DNA from: Minisyncoccota bacterium | GTDB taxonomy: Bacteria > Patescibacteriota > Minisyncoccia > Phycocordibacterales > UBA2100 | Assembly: GCA_035708165.1 (NCBI GenBank) | Contig: DASSSZ010000006.1 | Coordinates: forward strand, 179-64,178 | Length of the DNA: 64,000 bases | Reading direction: 5' to 3' | Shown: one piece after another, positions 34,034-43,412 of the stretch | Layout of the letters: the number at the start of each line of letters is the position of its first letter | Position numbering within the stretch: the stretch's first letter is position 1 | Notes under the pieces: generated by a model | The model's input: the letters and a program-made list of their open reading frames with translations, nothing else | What the model was told of the DNA's origin: nothing | Databases searched by the model: none | Position numbers and translations under genes: made by a program

Positions 34034-35869
34034 ATGGCTTCCGCACCTCTTGAGCTCGGCTCGATCAGCGCCAGCATCCGCGCGCTCGGCCGCTGGACCC
34101 GCACGCACATGATCCGCACTGCGATCGCGGTGCTCGTCATCGCCGCCCTTGCCTGGTGGGGATGGGGCGCGCTGCACCCGAGCGTCGCAGAGGCTGAGTA
34201 CGTCCTCGGCACGGTCGCCAAGGGGACGGTCGTCGCGACCGTCTCGGCTTCGGGGCAGGTGGCGAGCGTGGATTCGGTCAATATCACCCCGAAAGCGTCG
34301 GGCGAGCTCACCTGGGTCGGCGTGCAGGAGGGCGACACGGTCCGCGCCGGACAGGCGATCGCGTCAATCGACGACGCGGACGCGAAGAAGCAGATCGCCG
34401 ATGCCGAGCAGTCGCTCGCGCAGGCGAAGCTCGCGTATGAGAAAGACCAGGCGCAGGCCCCGCTCGACTACCAAGGGGCGCAGCAGTCGGTCAGCAACGC
34501 GCAGTCGAGCCTCGCCTCCACGTACACCGATACGCTGAACGCGCTCGCGAGCGCCTACCTCTCGCTGCCGGCAGTGGTGTCGGATGCGCACGATGCGCTT
34601 TACGGATACAGCCTCTCGCCGAAGAAGACGCAGTGGAACGTGGACACCCTCAAGGCATACTTCATCCCGTTCGCTGCCGATTCCCGGGACATCGGCTCAT
34701 TCGCGGAGAAGGCCGAGCAGGAGTATGCGGCAGCGAAGCCGAAGTATGATGCGAGCCTCGCGGCATACAAGCAGCTGACGTACTACTCCGCGACGAGCTC
34801 GATCGAGCAGAATCTCGATGCGTCCATCGACATGGCGACGGCCGTCGCCCAGTCGCTGAGCAGCACGGTCAATTTCATAGACGAAGCAGAGCAGGATGCG
34901 GATACGGAGGGCGTCACGCTCGACTCGGCCGTCGCGACGCTCCGCACGACGGCGCAGGGCGATCTCACGACCGCGAACTCGGTCCTCGGCTCGCTCGAGA
35001 AGGAGCGCTCGGCCATCACGGCCGCGAAGCAGGCGCTCGCGTCGGCACAGAACAGCTTCGCGATCGCACAGATCGGGAACAATGCCTCGGGCACGAACCC
35101 GATCAGCCTGCAGTCCGAGGCGTACTCGATCGCAGGCCAGGAGCAGGACCTCGCGACGCTCAAGGATGACCTTGCCGATTACACCGTCACGGCGCCCTTC
35201 GCGGGGACGATCGCGTCGCTCGATTCGCACGCGGGAGATACGGTCTCGACCGGCACGACTATCGCGACCTTGATCTCGCGGCAGCAGGTCGCGCAGCTCT
35301 CGCTCAACGAGGTGGACGCGGCGAAGGTGAAGGCGGGGGACAAGGCGACGCTCACGTTCGATGCGCTGCCGGATACGACGATGACCGGCACGGTCGCTTC
35401 GATCGACCCGGTGGGCACCGTGACGCAAGGCGTCGTCTCGTACGACATCACGATCACGTTCGATACGCAGAACGACGCGGTGAAGCCCGGCATGACCGTG
35501 AATGCCGATATCGAGACGGCCGTGGCACAGGATGCGCTCATCGTGCCGAGCGCTGCGGTAACGACCGCAGGCGGCACGAGCTACGTCATGGTCGTGAACG
35601 GCGCGGATGGAGCCGCGGATGGAAGCACGATCCCGGCTGCAGGCGCGCAGATCGAGCGCGTGCCGGTCACGACGGGCATCTCGGATGCTACCGAAGTGGC
35701 GATCACGGACGGCCTCACGGACGGCCAGCGCATCGTCGCGGGCACTCGCGGCGCGAGCGCGAGCCCTAGTAGCGGCGCTGCCGTGCGCGCCGGCGGGGCA
35801 GGCGGCGGCGCGAACCGCGCATTCGGCGGCGGCTTCGGCGGCGCAGGCACGATCCGCATCGGCGGCTGA
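34034..35869 (+). CDS. Efflux membrane-fusion protein (HlyD/MacA-family periplasmic adaptor) with a Gly-rich C-terminal tail
   Basis: N-terminal TM, biotinyl/lipoyl-like half-motifs (..VASVDSVNITPKASGELTWVGVQEGDTVRAGQAIASID.., ..VTAPFAGTIASLD..), and a long coiled-coil. It precedes the MacB-type ABC genes. Confidence 0.75.
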   Translation: MASAPLELGSISASIRALGRWTRTHMIRTAIAVLVIAALAWWGWGALHPSVAEAEYVLGTVAKGTVVATVSASGQVASVDSVNITPKASGELTWVGVQEGDTVRAGQAIASIDDADAKKQIADAEQSLAQAKLAYEKDQAQAPLDYQGAQQSVSNAQSSLASTYTDTLNALASAYLSLPAVVSDAHDALYGYSLSPKKTQWNVDTLKAYFIPFAADSRDIGSFAEKAEQEYAAAKPKYDASLAAYKQLTYYSATSSIEQNLDASIDMATAVAQSLSSTVNFIDEAEQDADTEGVTLDSAVATLRTTAQGDLTTANSVLGSLEKERSAITAAKQALASAQNSFAIAQIGNNASGTNPISLQSEAYSIAGQEQDLATLKDDLADYTVTAPFAGTIASLDSHAGDTVSTGTTIATLISRQQVAQLSLNEVDAAKVKAGDKATLTFDALPDTTMTGTVASIDPVGTVTQGVVSYDITITFDTQNDAVKPGMTVNADIETAVAQDALIVPSAAVTTAGGTSYVMVVNGADGAADGSTIPAAGAQIERVPVTTGISDATEVAITDGLTDGQRIVAGTRGASASPSSGAAVRAGGAGGGANRAFGGGFGGAGTIRIGG

Positions 35870-35873
35870 TCCC

Positions 35874-36596
35874 ATGCTCGAGCTCGCAGGAATCACGAAG
35901 ACGTACGGGGAGGGGGATGCCGCCTTCGAGGCCTTGAAGGGCGTCAGCTTCACAGTCTCCGATGGGGAATTCGTCGCGATCATGGGACCGTCCGGTTCCG
36001 GCAAATCGACGACGATGCATATCCTCGGGTGCCTCGATACGCCGAGCAGCGGGTCGTACCGCCTCAACGGGACCGATGTCTCGACCATGAGCGACGACCA
36101 GCTCGCGGATGTGCGCAGGGAGAAGATCGGCTTCGTCTTCCAATCCTTCAACCTGCTTCCGCGAACGACGGTGCTTCGGAATGTCATGCTGCCGCTTATC
36201 TATACTGGTGTCCCGCCCGAGGAGCGCGCGCTCCGCGCGCGTTCGGCGCTCCTCGCTGCGGGCCTCAAGGAGTCGCATTTCCTGCATAGGAGCAACGAGC
36301 TTTCCGGCGGCCAGGTGCAGCGCGTGGCGATCGCCCGTGCGCTCGTGAACGACCCGGTCCTGATCCTCGCCGACGAGCCGACCGGCAACCTGGATACGCG
36401 GACGGGCGAGCTCGTCCTCCATACGTTCCAGCGGCTCAATGAGGAGCGCGGCACGACCGTGGTGCTCATCACGCACGAGCCGTATATCGCGGAGCATGCG
36501 ACGCGCATCATCACCATCCGCGACGGGCGGATCATCGCTGATCAGCCGAACCGGTCGCGCCGCACGGCGCGCCCTGACGACTATGACGATCAATGA
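35874..36596 (+). CDS. ABC transporter ATP-binding protein (MacB/LolD-type)
   Basis: Walker A GPSGSGKST, signature LSGGQVQRVAIARAL, Walker B ILADEPTGNLD, H-loop. ATG at 35874 (MLELAGITK..). Confidence 0.9.
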   Translation: MLELAGITKTYGEGDAAFEALKGVSFTVSDGEFVAIMGPSGSGKSTTMHILGCLDTPSSGSYRLNGTDVSTMSDDQLADVRREKIGFVFQSFNLLPRTTVLRNVMLPLIYTGVPPEERALRARSALLAAGLKESHFLHRSNELSGGQVQRVAIARALVNDPVLILADEPTGNLDTRTGELVLHTFQRLNEERGTTVVLITHEPYIAEHATRIITIRDGRIIADQPNRSRRTARPDDYDDQ

Positions 36597-37818
36597 CATC
36601 CTGCAGGAGACCTATATCGCGCTGTCGGCGAACAAGGCGCGCTCGGGGCTCACGATCCTCGGCATCGTGATCGGCATCGCCTCGGTGATCGCGCTCGTCG
36701 CGATCGGACAGGGCTCGACAGCGGCCATCCAGTCGAGCATCGCATCGCTCGGGAGCAATCTCATCGAGATCTCCCCGGGGGCGCAGCGCACGCCGGGTTC
36801 GCCCGTGCGGCAGGCAGCCGGCAGCGCGGCATCGCTCAGCGCCGACGATGCGGACGCGATCCTCTCCGGGGTCGCGGACGTCGCGAATGTCGCGCCGTCC
36901 ATCAGCGCGCGCGAGCAGGTGGCAGCCAAAGGCACGAACACGAACACGTCCGTCATGGGGGTGACGCCGAGCTATGCTTCCGTGCGGGACGTCGCCGTCT
37001 CGGATGGCACGTTCATCACGGACAGCCAGGAGGCCTCTGCCGCTAAGGTGGCGGTGCTCGGCCCTGCAGCGAGCGCGAACCTCTTCGGGTACAGCGGCGC
37101 GACGACGAGCGATATCGTGGGGCAGCGCATCCGCATCAATAATCTCGATTTCACGGTGATCGGCGTGAGCGCCCCTAAGGGCGGCAGCGGCTTCAGCAAC
37201 GAGGATGATGTCATCTATGTGCCGATGCTCTCTGCGCAGCGCTACCTCACCGGGTCCCGGTCCGTGAACTCGATCAGCGTCGAAGCGGCGAGCCAGGATG
37301 CGATGACGCAGGTCCAGGCGGACATCACCAGCCTCCTGCTCGCGCGGCATGGCATCAGCGACCCTGCACGTGCGGACTTCAGCGTGCTCAATCAGAACGA
37401 CCTCATCTCCGCCGTCTCATCGGTCAGCCAGACCCTGACGCTGCTCCTCGGCGCGATCGCCGGCATCTCGCTCCTCGTAGGCGGCATCGGCATCATGAAC
37501 ATGATGCTCACGACGGTGACCGAGCGCACGCGCGAGATCGGCCTGCGCAAAGCAATCGGCGCGACGCGGACGGACATCACTACGCAGTTCCTCGCCGAGG
37601 CGATCGCGCTCACGGTGGTGGGCGGAGTGATCGGGATCGCTTTGGGGTGGGGGATCTCCGCCATCGTGGATGCGACGGGCGCGGTCACGACGGTGGTCAG
37701 TCTCGGCTCGGTGGGGCTCGCGTTCGGCGTCTCGGCCCTGATCGGCATCGTCTTCGGCTACTACCCGGCTCGGCGCGCCTCGCGCCTCAACCCGATCGAG
37801 GCGCTGCGGTACGAGTAG
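36583..37818 (+). CDS. ABC transporter permease (MacB-like periplasmic domain + FtsX 4-TM domain)
   Basis: ATG at 36583 (MTINDILQETYIALSANKARSGLTILGIVIGIASVIA..), overlapping the ATPase stop by 14 nt. C-terminal FtsX-like TMs (..LGAIAGISLLVGGIGIMNMMLTTVTERTREIGLRKAIGA..). Confidence 0.8.
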   Translation: MTINDILQETYIALSANKARSGLTILGIVIGIASVIALVAIGQGSTAAIQSSIASLGSNLIEISPGAQRTPGSPVRQAAGSAASLSADDADAILSGVADVANVAPSISAREQVAAKGTNTNTSVMGVTPSYASVRDVAVSDGTFITDSQEASAAKVAVLGPAASANLFGYSGATTSDIVGQRIRINNLDFTVIGVSAPKGGSGFSNEDDVIYVPMLSAQRYLTGSRSVNSISVEAASQDAMTQVQADITSLLLARHGISDPARADFSVLNQNDLISAVSSVSQTLTLLLGAIAGISLLVGGIGIMNMMLTTVTERTREIGLRKAIGATRTDITTQFLAEAIALTVVGGVIGIALGWGISAIVDATGAVTTVVSLGSVGLAFGVSALIGIVFGYYPARRASRLNPIEALRYE

Positions 37819-37844
37819 CATCTATCAGCTAGCAGATTGCACCT

Positions 37845-38273
37845 ATGGATAAGAGATTGATTACCTTCGCAGTGATCGCGTTTCTCATCGGTGCGGCAGC
37901 AGGCTTCGGCGGCAGCCGCATCTTCGCGATGCGTCAGGTCTCTGCCGCCCGCTTCGCGGCAGGACGCGCGTTCGGCGGCGCGGATGCCACTGGCACGGCG
38001 TCCATGCGCGGCAGCTTCGGCGCGCGCGGCGGCATCGTGACGGGCACGGTCCTCTCCAAGGACAGCTCGAGCATCACAGTCGCGACGCAGAACGGCTCGT
38101 CGCTCGTGCTCTACGGCGCATCCACCGGGGTCTCGAAGAGCGTCTCCGTCCCGATCGCCGATGTGGCGATCGGCGCGCGCGTGAGCGTAACGGGCCCCGA
38201 GAACAGCGACGGGAGCGTCACCGCCGCGCAGATACAGCTCCTGCCGGCGACCACGACGTCGCGCACGCCTTAG
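37845..38273 (+). CDS. Small secreted hypothetical protein (signal/TM plus Ser/Gly-rich beta region)
   Basis: 142 aa; MDKRLITFAVIAFLIGAAAG..; downstream of the exporter genes. Confidence 0.35.
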   Translation: MDKRLITFAVIAFLIGAAAGFGGSRIFAMRQVSAARFAAGRAFGGADATGTASMRGSFGARGGIVTGTVLSKDSSSITVATQNGSSLVLYGASTGVSKSVSVPIADVAIGARVSVTGPENSDGSVTAAQIQLLPATTTSRTP

Positions 38274-38422
38274 AAAGGGGCGATGGGACCGGTCAGGTAG
38301 ATGTAGATAGTGCCTGCGAACAGGAATGCGAGAAGCGCGATCACGATCGCGATCTCGAACCGTTCCCGAGGCGACATATGCCGCGAGCGTATCGCGGCGC
38401 GTGCGCGCTTGCAACTGAGCCG

Positions 38423-38815
38423 CTAGGCGCCGGCTGCTGCCGAGCGGACGAGGTCCACGACCTCATCGAGCGAGAGGGACACCTTCACGACGAACTTGTC
38501 GGCGCCGAGCTCCTTCGCCTTCGCGATATCCGCATCCTCGCCGAAATTCGAGAAGATGATGACCCGGACGCCCTTCGTCGCAGGGTCGCTGCGGATATGG
38601 CGCAGGACCTCGAAGCCATCGATGCCCGGGAGCCGGATATCAAGCAGCACCAGGTCCGGCTTGCGCTCCTTCCCGAGAAGCTCAAGCGCGATCTCGCCGG
38701 TAGGCGCGTACTCCATCTCGATCTTCTCATCGGAGAATTTCCGCGCGATGAGGTCGGAGAGCAGGGGATCATCCTCGACGACGAGGATGAACGGGCTTTC
38801 GGCAGTGTCTGCCAT
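38423..38815 (-). CDS. Single-domain response regulator (CheY-like receiver, no output domain)
   Basis: ILVVEDDPLL.., phospho-acceptor D in LVLLDIRLPGIDG, conserved K in KFVVK; 130 aa. Confidence 0.85.
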   Translation of the reverse strand: MADTAESPFILVVEDDPLLSDLIARKFSDEKIEMEYAPTGEIALELLGKERKPDLVLLDIRLPGIDGFEVLRHIRSDPATKGVRVIIFSNFGEDADIAKAKELGADKFVVKVSLSLDEVVDLVRSAAAGA

Positions 38816-38851
38816 ATGCGCCTAGTATAGCACCCGCGGGAGAGGCGTCCG

Positions 38852-40831
38852 CTAGCTATCCCCGCGGGAGAGCGGGAAGGAGAGCGTGATCGTGCTGCCG
38901 CTGCCTTGCGCGGAGTCGATCGTGATCGAGCCGCCGTGCGCTTCCGCGATCGATTTCACGATGGCGAGCCCGAGCCCGGTGCCGTCGGCGGCCATGTCGA
39001 CGGCGCGCGGCGATCGGTAGAACTTCTCGAAGAGATGGGTACGGTCCTCTTCGGAGAAGCCGATGCCGGTATCCGTGACCGCGATCACGAGCGCATCATT
39101 CTCCGTGCGCGCGCGGACCGTGACGTGCCCGCCTTCCGGCGTGTACTTGATGGCGTTGTCGACCAGGTTCTGGATCGCGAACCGGAAGCGCTCCGCGTCG
39201 GCGGAAAGGTGCGGGAGCTCGGGGTCGACCTCATCCGTGAGCGTGATGGATTTCTTGGCGGCAAGCGGCGCGAGGAGCGCGATGCTCGCCTTGGCGAGCG
39301 CGGCGATGTCCGTGTCCGCGAAGACGTAGCGGATCACGCCGCGGTCCGTCCGGGCGCTCATGAGGAGGCCCTCGGCGATGCGCTGCATGTTCGAGACGCC
39401 TGCCTCGCCGCGCGCGACCACCTCGCGCTGCTTTTCCGTGAGCCGCGCATCGCTGAGGAGCTCGAACGTCCACCGGATGGCAGCGAGCGGCGTGCGCAGC
39501 TGGTGTGCCGCCGTGGCGACGAAATCGTTCTTGGCACGCTCGAGCGCCGCGTGCTCGGTGATATCGCTCGCGATCACGATCCAGCTCGCATCCTGCCCGT
39601 CGTTGATGGGGGCGATGGTGATGCGCAGGTCGCGCAGCTGCGGCGAGGTGATCTCGGTATCGAACGTACGCGCCGCGAGCGCATCGCCGAAGAGCGATGC
39701 GAGCGCGCCGACTGCCGATGGGCGTTTCCCGACCGCGTCGGCGCGCGCGGCACCGAAGAGCTGCTGCGCCGCTTCATTGATGCGCGCGATGCGCCCGTCG
39801 GCCCCGATCTCGATGAGGCCTGCCGGCAGCTGCTCGAGCAGGAGTTCGGTATGGCGCTCTTCGCGCGCGAGCTCTTTCGTGCGCTCCGTGACCGTCTCCT
39901 CGAGGGAGCCGTTGAGGGTGGCGAGCTTGCGCGAGACAGCCTCGAGCTCGATGCGCATCTCGACTTCCTTCATCACGCTCCTGATCATGAGGGCGCCGAG
40001 CACGATGACCGCGCCGAAGATGAACAGGTTCGGCACGAGGTCGGCCGCCGTGCGCTCGAGGAGGATGCGGAAGAAGAGCACGCCCCAGATAGCGAAGATG
40101 AATGCCTCTGCCTTGGCGACGCGGAGGCTGAACAGCCGGTACTCTATGATGAGATAGAAGGCGACGGTCGCGAACATCGGGACCGCGAGCGCGCGCGGCA
40201 GCGCGAGCACCGCGCTCTCGATGCCGTACCATGGCATGATCCCGCTCGCGCCCATGAGATACGCGCCGGAGATGCCGAGCGCGAGGAGAAGGCTCCGGCG
40301 CCGCATCGCGCCTGTCTCCGCCGCGCCGCGTCGGCAGAAGAAGACGGCCATCGAGATGAATGCAGCGAAATAGTACGCGACGTACCAGCTGAACCAGGCG
40401 CCGCGCACGAGCGTCAGCGCGCCGGGCTCGGCTGCTCCCGCGAAGTATGATGTCGAGCCGAGGTCCGACGCGAAGATCACGAGGACGACCGCGCCGAGGA
40501 TCTGCATGATCCAGTAGAGGTCGCGCTCCCACTGGCGCGCCGGGCGCTGCTCGCTGAGATAGATGAAGGCGAAGCGGAGATTGAGGATCATCGAGACCGA
40601 TTCGCCGATCAGGGAGAAGAGCCGCGCATCGCGCGCGAGCGACAAATCCGCGATGAGCGGGAAAGCGAAGCCGAACCAGCCCCACACCGTGAGCGCTGCG
40701 AGCCCGTAGCCGAGCGCCCGCGCGGTCCTGTTGTGCCATGCCGACACGAAGAGGAAGATCGTGGTCAGCGTCATCACGAAGGCCGCTACGCCGATACCGA
40801 CCTCCTGCACGTTGCTCGGATCGAATCCCAT
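38852..40831 (-). CDS. Sensor histidine kinase (multi-TM sensor domain + PAS + HisKA + HATPase_c)
   Basis: ATG at 40831 (MGFDPSNVQEV..). Eight or more TM helices, a PAS-like region, H-box ..FVATAAHQLRTPLAAI.., N/G boxes ..LVDNAIKYT.., ..DTGIGF.., ..GTGLGLAIVK... The ORF track extension to 41293 is not coding. Confidence 0.85.
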   Translation of the reverse strand: MGFDPSNVQEVGIGVAAFVMTLTTIFLFVSAWHNRTARALGYGLAALTVWGWFGFAFPLIADLSLARDARLFSLIGESVSMILNLRFAFIYLSEQRPARQWERDLYWIMQILGAVVLVIFASDLGSTSYFAGAAEPGALTLVRGAWFSWYVAYYFAAFISMAVFFCRRGAAETGAMRRRSLLLALGISGAYLMGASGIMPWYGIESAVLALPRALAVPMFATVAFYLIIEYRLFSLRVAKAEAFIFAIWGVLFFRILLERTAADLVPNLFIFGAVIVLGALMIRSVMKEVEMRIELEAVSRKLATLNGSLEETVTERTKELAREERHTELLLEQLPAGLIEIGADGRIARINEAAQQLFGAARADAVGKRPSAVGALASLFGDALAARTFDTEITSPQLRDLRITIAPINDGQDASWIVIASDITEHAALERAKNDFVATAAHQLRTPLAAIRWTFELLSDARLTEKQREVVARGEAGVSNMQRIAEGLLMSARTDRGVIRYVFADTDIAALAKASIALLAPLAAKKSITLTDEVDPELPHLSADAERFRFAIQNLVDNAIKYTPEGGHVTVRARTENDALVIAVTDTGIGFSEEDRTHLFEKFYRSPRAVDMAADGTGLGLAIVKSIAEAHGGSITIDSAQGSGSTITLSFPLSRGDS

Positions 40832-40891
40832 ATCCACTATGATAGTGCATCCGTACGCAACGGACGTGCATGCATGTATACTGCATGCGTT

Positions 40892-41722
40892 ATGCGCGTA
40901 CGCACGATCGGCATCGGGATGGTGGTCGTCGCAGGCCTGCTCGCCTGCACGTATGCGGGGCTCGCGGCATATGAGCGGCAGGATGCTGCGGACGCATCCG
41001 CGCTCGCCGCGTGCGGCGCGTACCCGAACGGCGCGACGGAGCGCGTCACGCCGACGTCGCGGCTCACGATCATGCTTCCCAAGGACCGCTATCCGAACCA
41101 AGGCGGCATGCTCGCGTTCCGCACGGCGAGCGGCACCGCGAGCGCGGGCTGGATCTCGAACGCAGGGCCGGCTGCGGGCGCATACGGCGCTTCCACCTCC
41201 TGCTGGGCGTACTACTACGAGTTCGACGGGAACGGCACAGTGGACCTCATCGCGACGAGCTCGCTTCCGAACGTGCCGCCCTATGTCGTGCATTTCTCAG
41301 TCGCGCCGCTGGTCGCGTCCGGGACGATCGAGTATCGCAACGACGCGTACGGGTTCTCGTTCGCGCTGCCGGATGATTGGCGGGGCTACTCGATCGTGAC
41401 GGATGATTGGAACGGCGGCATGCACGCGGGCGATGCGGGCGAGGCGGAGGCGACGAGCGGCCCCGAGCTCCTCATCCGCAATCCGCGCTACACGGCCGCG
41501 GACCCGTACCAGGACATCCCGATCATGATCTTCACGCATGCGCAGTGGGATGCAGTCGCGGCAGGAAGCCTCGTGGTCTCGGCGGCGCCGATCGGCCCAT
41601 CGAAGCTCGGCGAGAATGCGCGCTACGTCTTCGCGCTGCCGCCGCGCTACGATTTCGCGTACCCGGATGGCTACCAGGAAGTGGAAGCGATCATGCAGGG
41701 GAAGCCGCTTGAGGCATTCTAG
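40892..41722 (+). CDS. Secreted/lipoprotein-like hypothetical protein
   Basis: MRVRTIGIGMVVVAGLLACTYAG.. signal with Cys. No known catalytic motifs. The alternative start at 40874 is possible. Confidence 0.35.
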   Translation: MRVRTIGIGMVVVAGLLACTYAGLAAYERQDAADASALAACGAYPNGATERVTPTSRLTIMLPKDRYPNQGGMLAFRTASGTASAGWISNAGPAAGAYGASTSCWAYYYEFDGNGTVDLIATSSLPNVPPYVVHFSVAPLVASGTIEYRNDAYGFSFALPDDWRGYSIVTDDWNGGMHAGDAGEAEATSGPELLIRNPRYTAADPYQDIPIMIFTHAQWDAVAAGSLVVSAAPIGPSKLGENARYVFALPPRYDFAYPDGYQEVEAIMQGKPLEAF

Positions 41723-41791
41723 GCAAGAACCGGCGTACAGTGCGCCCGATAGAGCGGCGGCTGAGGGGCTCGACCGCGGCATCGGCATCTG

Positions 41792-41876
41792 CGGAGGGAG
41801 TGAGATTCGAACTCACGGTGCCGTGCGGCACTCCTGTTTTCAAGACAGGTGCATTAGACCGCTCTGCCATCCCTCC
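41792..41876 (-). tRNA. tRNA-Ser (anticodon UGA), type II with a long variable arm
   Basis: The reverse complement reads ggaggga-tg-gcag..cctgt-cttgaaa-acagg-agtgccgcacggcacc-gtgag-ttcgaat-ctcac-tccctcc-g. Confidence 0.85.
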
Positions 41877-41959
41877 GTACGGCTACTATAAACTGCCCGC
41901 TGGCACGCGCACAATCTCCCGGCGAGGCGTACGCCTGCCATCCGCGGTACACTCAGCGC

Positions 41960-42514
41960 ATGGCACCTCGTACGAGCGCACGCCCTGAGATCTATACCAT
42001 CGGCCACTCCAACCGCACGTTCGAGGATTTCCTCGCGCTCCTCGAAGCGCACGGCATCGAGCAGGTCGCGGATGTCCGGACGGTCCCGAAGTCGCGATAT
42101 AACCCGCAGTTCGAGGAAGAACGGCTCGCCGCTTCGCTGAGCGAGCACGGCATACGCTACGAGCGCATCGAAACGCTCGGCGGGTTCCGGCGCGCCCGGA
42201 AGGATTCCGTGAACACCGGGTGGCGGAACGCCTCCTTCCGCGGATACGCGGATTACATGGGGACGGACGGGTTCGCGGCAGGGATCGCGGAGCTCGAAGC
42301 GCTCGGCACGGCGCGCCGGAGCGCGTTCATGTGCGCCGAAGCGCTGCCCTGGCGCTGCCACCGCTCGCTCATCGCGGACGCGCTCACGATGCGCGGCTGG
42401 CGGGTGCTCGATATCATGAGCCTGTCGAGCGCGACGCCGCACCGCCTCACGCCGTTCCTGAGGGTGGAGAAGGGCGTACTCATCTATCCTGCGCCCGAGG
42501 AGCCCCGCGCATGA
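41960..42514 (+). CDS. DUF488-family protein (long form)
   Basis: ..IYTIGHSNRTFEDFLALLEAHGIEQVADVRTVPKSRYNPQF.. matches the DUF488 N-terminal signature. Confidence 0.55.
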   Translation: MAPRTSARPEIYTIGHSNRTFEDFLALLEAHGIEQVADVRTVPKSRYNPQFEEERLAASLSEHGIRYERIETLGGFRRARKDSVNTGWRNASFRGYADYMGTDGFAAGIAELEALGTARRSAFMCAEALPWRCHRSLIADALTMRGWRVLDIMSLSSATPHRLTPFLRVEKGVLIYPAPEEPRA

Positions 42515-43029
42515 TCCGCTACCGCTACAAGGGCGCGCGGCTCCTGTTCGTGGGTATCAACCCGCACCACGGATCGTTCGCGCGCGGCATCCCGTTCTCG
42601 AACAGCAAGCTCTTCTGGTACCTGCTCTCGGATGCCGGGATCCTGCCGGAGCCGCGCAGCGAGCTGCGCTCCGATGAGGGGCTGCGCACAGCGTACCGCA
42701 CGCGCTTCGGCGCGGGGGCAGGGCTCGGGTTCGTGAACATGATCGACCGCCCGACGCGCGGCATCGCCGAGCTTGCCCGCGGCGAAGAGGCGCGTGGGCG
42801 CGCCCGTCTGCGCCGGATCGTGAGACAGGAGGAGCCGCTGGTGGTGTGCTTCGTCGGGAAAGCGCCATACCAGCGCTTCATCGGCGCGACTGCGGCCGAG
42901 TACGGATGGCAGCCCTTGCTGCGCGGCTCGCGGGTGTTCGTGATGCACGTCCCCCAGCACGGCCTGGCGGCTGTGCGCGTCCGCGAGCTGCGCGTCGTCG
43001 CGCGTGCAGCCGGCATCCCGTTAGCGTAG
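42511..43029 (+). CDS. Uracil-DNA glycosylase superfamily protein, Mug/TDG-like (family 2) G:U/T mismatch glycosylase
   Basis: ATG at 42511 overlaps the upstream stop (ATGA). ..LLFVGINPHHGSFARGIPFSNSKLFWYLLSDAGIL.. follows the Mug pattern G(I/V)NPG..S...G..F....N.FW.LL. Confidence 0.65.
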   Translation: MIRYRYKGARLLFVGINPHHGSFARGIPFSNSKLFWYLLSDAGILPEPRSELRSDEGLRTAYRTRFGAGAGLGFVNMIDRPTRGIAELARGEEARGRARLRRIVRQEEPLVVCFVGKAPYQRFIGATAAEYGWQPLLRGSRVFVMHVPQHGLAAVRVRELRVVARAAGIPLA

Positions 43030-43359
43030 GAATTCCTTGAGCGCGACCGCCTGGTTGTGCTCTTCGTCCTTGGCGCCGTAGACGAGCGTTACCGTGCGTG
43101 CGCGGGAAAGCGCACGCAGCTCGGCAAGGACGGGCGAGCCTTTGAGTTCGGCGCGGTACTTGCGCTTGAATGCCGCCCACTTCGCCGGGTCATGCGCGAA
43201 CCACTTCCGCAGCGCCGTGCTCGGCGCGATCTCCTTCTCCCAGCGGTCGAGCCTGAGCTCCTCCTTGCTCCTGCCGCGCGGCCACACCCGGTCGACCAGG
43301 ATCCGCACGCCATCGCTCTTCGCGGGCCTCTCGTACGCGCGCTTGATGCGGATGGCCAT
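43021..43359 (-). CDS. DUF488-family protein, YeaO-like short form
   Basis: ATG at 43359: MAIRIKRAYERPAKSDGVRILVDRVWPRGRSKEELRLDRWEKEIAPSTALRKWFAHDPAKWAAFKRKYRAEL.. (YeaO signature). It is convergent with the Mug gene and overlaps it by 9 nt at the 3' ends. Confidence 0.65.
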   Translation of the reverse strand: MAIRIKRAYERPAKSDGVRILVDRVWPRGRSKEELRLDRWEKEIAPSTALRKWFAHDPAKWAAFKRKYRAELKGSPVLAELRALSRARTVTLVYGAKDEEHNQAVALKEFLR

Positions 43360-43412
43360 GAAGGAAGCATAGCACGCTAGGGAGCGCGCCGGCGCGAGGG
43401 TACAATGCGCGC

